Below, piece after piece: positions 59,225 through 64,000 of a DNA stretch of 64,000 nucleotides (its first letter is position 1; every line of letters begins with the position of its first letter). The position numbers and the translations under genes are program-made. The stretch spans positions 82,958,001-83,022,000 of the forward strand of contig NC_086108.1 in assembly GCF_963921235.1 (NCBI RefSeq), written 5' to 3'. The notes beneath the pieces are model-generated. The model was not told where the DNA came from, searched no databases, and worked only from the letters and a program-made list of their open reading frames with translations. This DNA comes from Mobula hypostoma (Eukaryota).

Positions 59225-59645
59225 AGTCAATAACTCCTGCTTGTGCCAAGGTGAGATCACCCTCAGGGTGGAAGAGCAACCGTCTGGGTCGCCTCCAACC
59301 TGATGCATGTATATCGGTTTCTCCTTCTGGGAAAAAAATCCCTCCTCCTCCTCTCTTCTATTTCCCACTCTGGCCATTTGCCTCTCCTCACTTCCCCCGG
59401 TCCTTCTACCTTCCCTTTAACCTATGGTGCACTCTCCTCTCCTGTCAGGGTCCTTCTTCTCCAGCCCTTTACCTTTCCCACCCACCTGACTTCACCTATC
59501 ACCTTCTAGCTTCCCTCCTTGTCCTCCCCCCACCTTTTTGTTGTGGTGACTTTCCTTTTCAGTCCTGAGGAAGGGTCTCAGCCTGAAACACTGACTGTTT
59601 ATTCATTTCTATAGATGCTGCCTGACCTGCTGTGTTCCTCCAAAT
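59225..59645 (+). mobile_element. Penelope-like element 3' fragment with a mutated hammerhead motif (59560-59597)
   Basis: LGRLQPD motif, pyrimidine tract, CAGTC-CTGAGGA-stem-GAAA-CACT-GACTG and GATGCTGCCTGACCTGCTG end. Confidence 0.8.
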
Positions 59646-59650
59646 ATTTT

Positions 59651-62600
59651 AGAAACATAGAAAACCTACAGCACAATACAGGCCCTTCAGCCCACAATGC
59701 TGTGCTGAACACGTATTTACTTTAGAAATTACCTAGGCTTACCCATAGGCCTCTATTTTTCTAAGCTCCATGTACCTATCCAAGAGTTTCTTAAAAGACC
59801 CTATCGTATCCGTCTCCACCACCGTCACCAGCAGCCATTCCACCCACTGGCCACTCTGTGCATAAAAAACTTACCCCTAACATTTCCTCTGTACCAACTT
59901 CCAAGCACCTTAAAACTGTGCCCTCTCATGTTTGCCATTTCAGCCCTGGGCAAAAAAACCTCTGACTATCCACACAATCAATGTCTCTCATCATCTTATA
60001 CAACTCTATCAGGTCACCTCTCATCCTCTGCCGCTCCAAGGAGAAAAGACCAAGTTCACTCAACTTATTCTTATAAGGCATGCTCCCCAATCCAGGCAAC
60101 ATCCTTGTAAATCTCTTCTGCACCCTTTCTATAGTTTCCATATCCTTCCTGTAGTGAGGTGACCAGAACTGAGCACGGTACTCCAGTGAGGTTTGACCAG
60201 GGTCCAATATAGCTGTAACATTACCTCTTGGCTCTTGAAATCCATTCCACGATTGAGAAGGCTAATACACCGTATGCCTTCTTAACCACGCAGTCAACCT
60301 ATCGATGTCCTGCTGTAATCTCTGACAGCCCTCCACACTATCCACAACACCCCCACCTTTGTGTCATCAGCAAATTTACGAACCTATCCCTCCACTTCCT
60401 CATCCAGGTCATTTATAAAAATCACAAAGAGAAGGGGTCCCAGAACAGATCCCTGAGGCACATCTCTGGTCACCGACCTCCATGCAGAACATGACCCATC
60501 TACAACACGTTTTTGCCTTCTGTGGCAAGCCAATTCTGGATCCACAAAGCAAGGTCCCCTTGGATCCCATGCCTCCTTACTTTCTCAATAAGCCTTGCAT
60601 GGGGTACCTTGTCAAATGCCTTGCTGAAATCCATATACACTACATTTACTGATCTACCTTCATCAACGTATTTAGTCACATCCTCAAAAAATTCAGTCAG
60701 GCTCGTAAGGCACGACTGCCTTTGACAAAGTCATGCTGACTATTCCTAATCATATTATGCCTCCTCAAATTTTCATAAATCCTGCCTCTCAGGATCTTCT
60801 CCATCAACTTACCAACCACTGAAGTAAGACTCACTGGTCTATAATTTCCAGGGCTATCTCTACTCCCTTTCTTGAATAAGGGAACAACATCCACAATCCT
60901 CCAGTCCTCCAGAACCTCTCCCATCCTCATTGATGATGCAAAGATCATTGCCAGAGGCTCAGCAATCTCCTCCCTTGCCTCCCACAGTAGCCAGAGGTAT
61001 ATTTCATCTTGTCCTGGTGATCTATGAGCTTGATGATTTTCAAAAGCTCCAGCACATCCTCTTTCTTAATGTCTATATATGTTCAAACTTTTCAGTACAC
61101 TGTAAGTCATCCTTACAATTGCCAAGGTCCTTTTCCGTAGTGAATACTGAAGCAAAGTATTCATAAAGTACCTCCACTAACTCCTCCGGTTCCATACACA
61201 CTTTTCCACTCTCACACTTGATTAGTCCTATTCTCTCACATCTTATCATCTTGCTCTTCACATACTTGTAGAATGTCTTTGGGTTTTCCTTAATCCTGCT
61301 CACCAAGACCTTCTCATGGCACCTTCTGGCTCTCCTAATTTCATTCTCAAGCTCCTTCCTGCTAGCCTTATAATTTTTTAGATCTCTATCATTAATCTAG
61401 TTTTTTAAACATTTCACAAGCTTTTCTTTTCTGCTTGACTAGATTTTCAACAGCCTTTGTACACCATGGTTCCTGTACCCTACCATCCTTTCCCGATCTC
61501 ATTGGAACGTACCTATGCAGAATGCCATGCAAATATCCCCTGAACATTTACCACATTTCTGCCGTACATTTCCCTGAGAACATCTACTCCCTATTTATAC
61601 TTCCAGGTTCCTGCCTGATTGCTTCATATTTCCCCTTACTCCAATTAAACACTTTTCTAACGTCTGCTCCTATCCCTCTCCAATGCTATGGTAAAGGAGA
61701 TAGAATTGTTATCACTATCTCCAAAATGCTCTCCACCAAGAGGCCTGACACCTGACCAGGTTCATTTCCCAATACCTGATCAAATGCAGCCTCTCCTCTT
61801 GTAGGCTTATCTACATATTGTGTCAAGAAACCTTCCTGAACACACTTAACAAACTCCACTCTATCTAAACCCCCCACTCTGGGGAGATGTCAATCAATAT
61901 TTGGGAAATTAAAATCTCCCACCACGACAACCCTGTTATTATTACACCTTTGCAGAATCTGCCTCCATATCTGCTCCTCCATGTCCCTGTTACTATTGGG
62001 TGGTCTATAAAAAAACACCCAGTAGAGTTGTTGACCCTTTCCTGTTTCTAACATCCACACACAGAGACTCAGTAGACTCTCTCCATGACTTCTTCCTCTT
62101 CTGCAGCCGTGACACTATATCCGATCAGCAGTGTCACACCCCCACCTCTTTTGCGTCCCTCCCTGTCCTTTCTGAAACATCTGAAGCCTGGCACTCTAGG
62201 TAGCCATTCCTGCCCCTGAGTCATCCAAGTCTCTGTAATGGCCACAACATCATAGCTCCAAGTACTGATCCATGCTCTAAGCTCATCCGCTTTGTTCCTG
62301 ATGCTTCTTACATTAAATTAGACACATCTCAAACCATCAGTCTGAGCGTATCACTTCCCTATCACCTGCCTATTCTCCCTCTCGCACTGCCTACGTGTTC
62401 TCTATTTGTGAGCCAACCACCTCTTCCTCCATCTCTTCAGTTTGGTTCCTACCCCTCAGCAATTCTAGTTTAAACTCTCCCCAATAACCTTAGCAAACCT
62501 CCCTGCCAGGACATCAGTCCCCTTTAGATTCAGGTGCAACCCATCCTTATTGTACAGGTCACACCTGCCCTAAAAGAGGTCCCAATGATCCAGAAATCTG

Positions 62601-62770
62601 AATCCCTGCCCCCGCTCCAACCTCTCAGCCACGCATTTATCCTCTACCTCACTCTATTCCTATACTCACTGTCACGAGATTACTACCCTTGTCCTGCTTC
62701 TCAGATTCTTTCCTCACTTCCTGTAGTCTGTCTTCAGTACCTCCTCCCTATTTTGTGTATGTTACCTCCC
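59651..62770 (-). mobile_element. Long decayed CR1 LINE, including the ORF1 esterase-like C-terminus, endonuclease and RT, with an internal deletion near 60300
   Basis: ORF1 piece GFRFLDHWDLF*GRCDLYNKDGLHLN (about 62520-62610), FLTQYVDKPTRGEA, NYRPVSLTSVVGK and RMRGDLIE, with a TTCTATGTTTCT tail. Confidence 0.92.
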
Positions 62771-62774
62771 ACCT

Positions 62775-64000
62775 CAACTTCCTGATAGACAGACTGCAAT
62801 CAGTAAGGGAGGAAGCAACACCTTCACCATAATTATTACCAACACTGGTGCTCCACAAATCTGTATCCTCTACTCCTTGTACACTTACAGCTTCTTCTCT
62901 ATCTACAATTTTGAAGATGATACCACCGTAGTAGGCCGTATCTAAAATAATGATGAGCTGGAATATAGGAAACTTAGATGAGATGGTAGCATATTAGCAC
63001 AATGCATTACAGTACTGAGTTCAATTCCCGCCAGTTTCCTGGTTTCCTTCCACTTTTCAAGACACACCATTGGTAGGTTAATTGGTCTATGTAAATTGTT
63101 CCATGATTAGGCTAGGGTTAAAGTTGGGGATTGCTGGGTGATGCGGTTCAAATAACCAGAAGGGCCTATTCCACACAGTATCTCAATAAGTAAGTAAATA
63201 AATAAATAAATAAATAAGTTAGCATGGTTTCATGATAGCAACCATTCGCTCAATATCACCAAAACAAAAGAGCTAGCCATTGACTTCAGGACAGGAGAAG
63301 TACACATGCTCCTATCTACATCAACAGTGTTGAAAGCTGAGACGGCTGTAAGCTTCAAATTCCCAGCTGTAAAATCAACAATAATCTGTCCTGGTCCATC
63401 CGTGGCCAAGAAAGATCACCAGTGCTTCTACTTGCTTGGGAGGCTAAAGAAATTTGGCATATGTCCCCTTTGACTCTTACGAATATCGATTGAAGCACCA
63501 GAGAAAGCATTCTGTCTGGATGCATCACAGGTTGGTTATGACAATTGCTCTGTCGTGACTGCAAGAAGCTACAGAGAGTTATGGGCGTAGCTCAGCGCAT
63601 CACAGAAACCAGCCTCCCCATGGATTCTGTCTCTGCTTCTGTCTCAGTAAAGCAGCCAACGTAGTCAATGACCTTACTCATCCCCAACACACTCTCTCTT
63701 CTCCCCCTTCCATTAGATAGAACACACAAAACCCTGAAAACACACACCACCAGGGCTCAAGTACAGCTTCTACTCTGCTGTTCTCAGACTGTCGAATGGT
63801 TCCCTAGTCCGATAATACAGACATCTTGCACCTTATTGTCTACCTGCACTGCACCTTCTCTGTTCCTGTACATGTTATTCTGCATTCTGTTTTACCTTGT
63901 GCTACGTCAATGCCTGGGTAATGATTTGATCTGTGTGAACAATATGCAAGACAAGCTTTTCATGTACTTTGGTACACGCGACTATTATAAACCAGTTCCA
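62775..64000 (+). mobile_element. Decayed Rex1/Babar-like LINE, interrupted by a SINE
   Basis: NTGAPQ and FEDDTTVVG motifs, with a 3' UTR like 54300-54575. Confidence 0.82.
62976..63217 (+). mobile_element. Internally deleted HE1/V-SINE-like element
   Basis: GAGTTCAATTCCCG B-box, GGTTAATTGGTC...GTAAATTGT body and (TAAA)n tail, similar to 7603-7904. Confidence 0.78.

Noticed and set aside
1..64000. CRISPR arrays, operons, rRNA and prokaryotic or viral systems; the many 60-130 aa ORFs as independent genes
   Set aside because: No regularly spaced repeat-spacer array or dense gene packing was seen. The short ORFs are transposon fragments, their antisense frames or chance frames.

Overview
This is eukaryotic, AT-rich DNA made up mostly of repeats. 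The mix of CR1 LINEs, Rex1/Babar LINEs, Penelope-like elements and HE1/V-type tRNA SINEs suggests a cartilaginous fish, probably a ray (inference). No prokaryotic features (operons, CRISPR, rRNA) are visible. Most of the window is nested, decayed retroelement sequence, and most ORFs in the track are fragments or antisense shadows of those elements. The best-supported highlights are: (1) a near-complete decayed Sola2-type DDD transposase element (about 21.5-25.7 kb, minus strand) whose reading frame is restored when a Rex1 insertion is removed; (2) a full-length L1 (46091-51919) with a 12-bp TSD, sitting inside a V-SINE, with a duplicated splice-donor-bearing block in its long inter-ORF spacer; (3) a minimal hammerhead ribozyme motif in a Penelope-like element (15532-15569); (4) an internally deleted Harbinger element with perfect 26-bp TIRs and an open coiled-coil ORF; (5) two copies of a roughly 0.4-kb bipartite RTE-derived element; (6) solo LTRs. 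A few unique-sequence stretches look like minus-strand exons of unidentified host gene(s), but I cannot name them and these calls are low confidence. Family names come from recalled motifs, not a database search, and boundaries without a stated TSD or TIR are approximate. I cannot show a wholly new biological system from the sequence alone.
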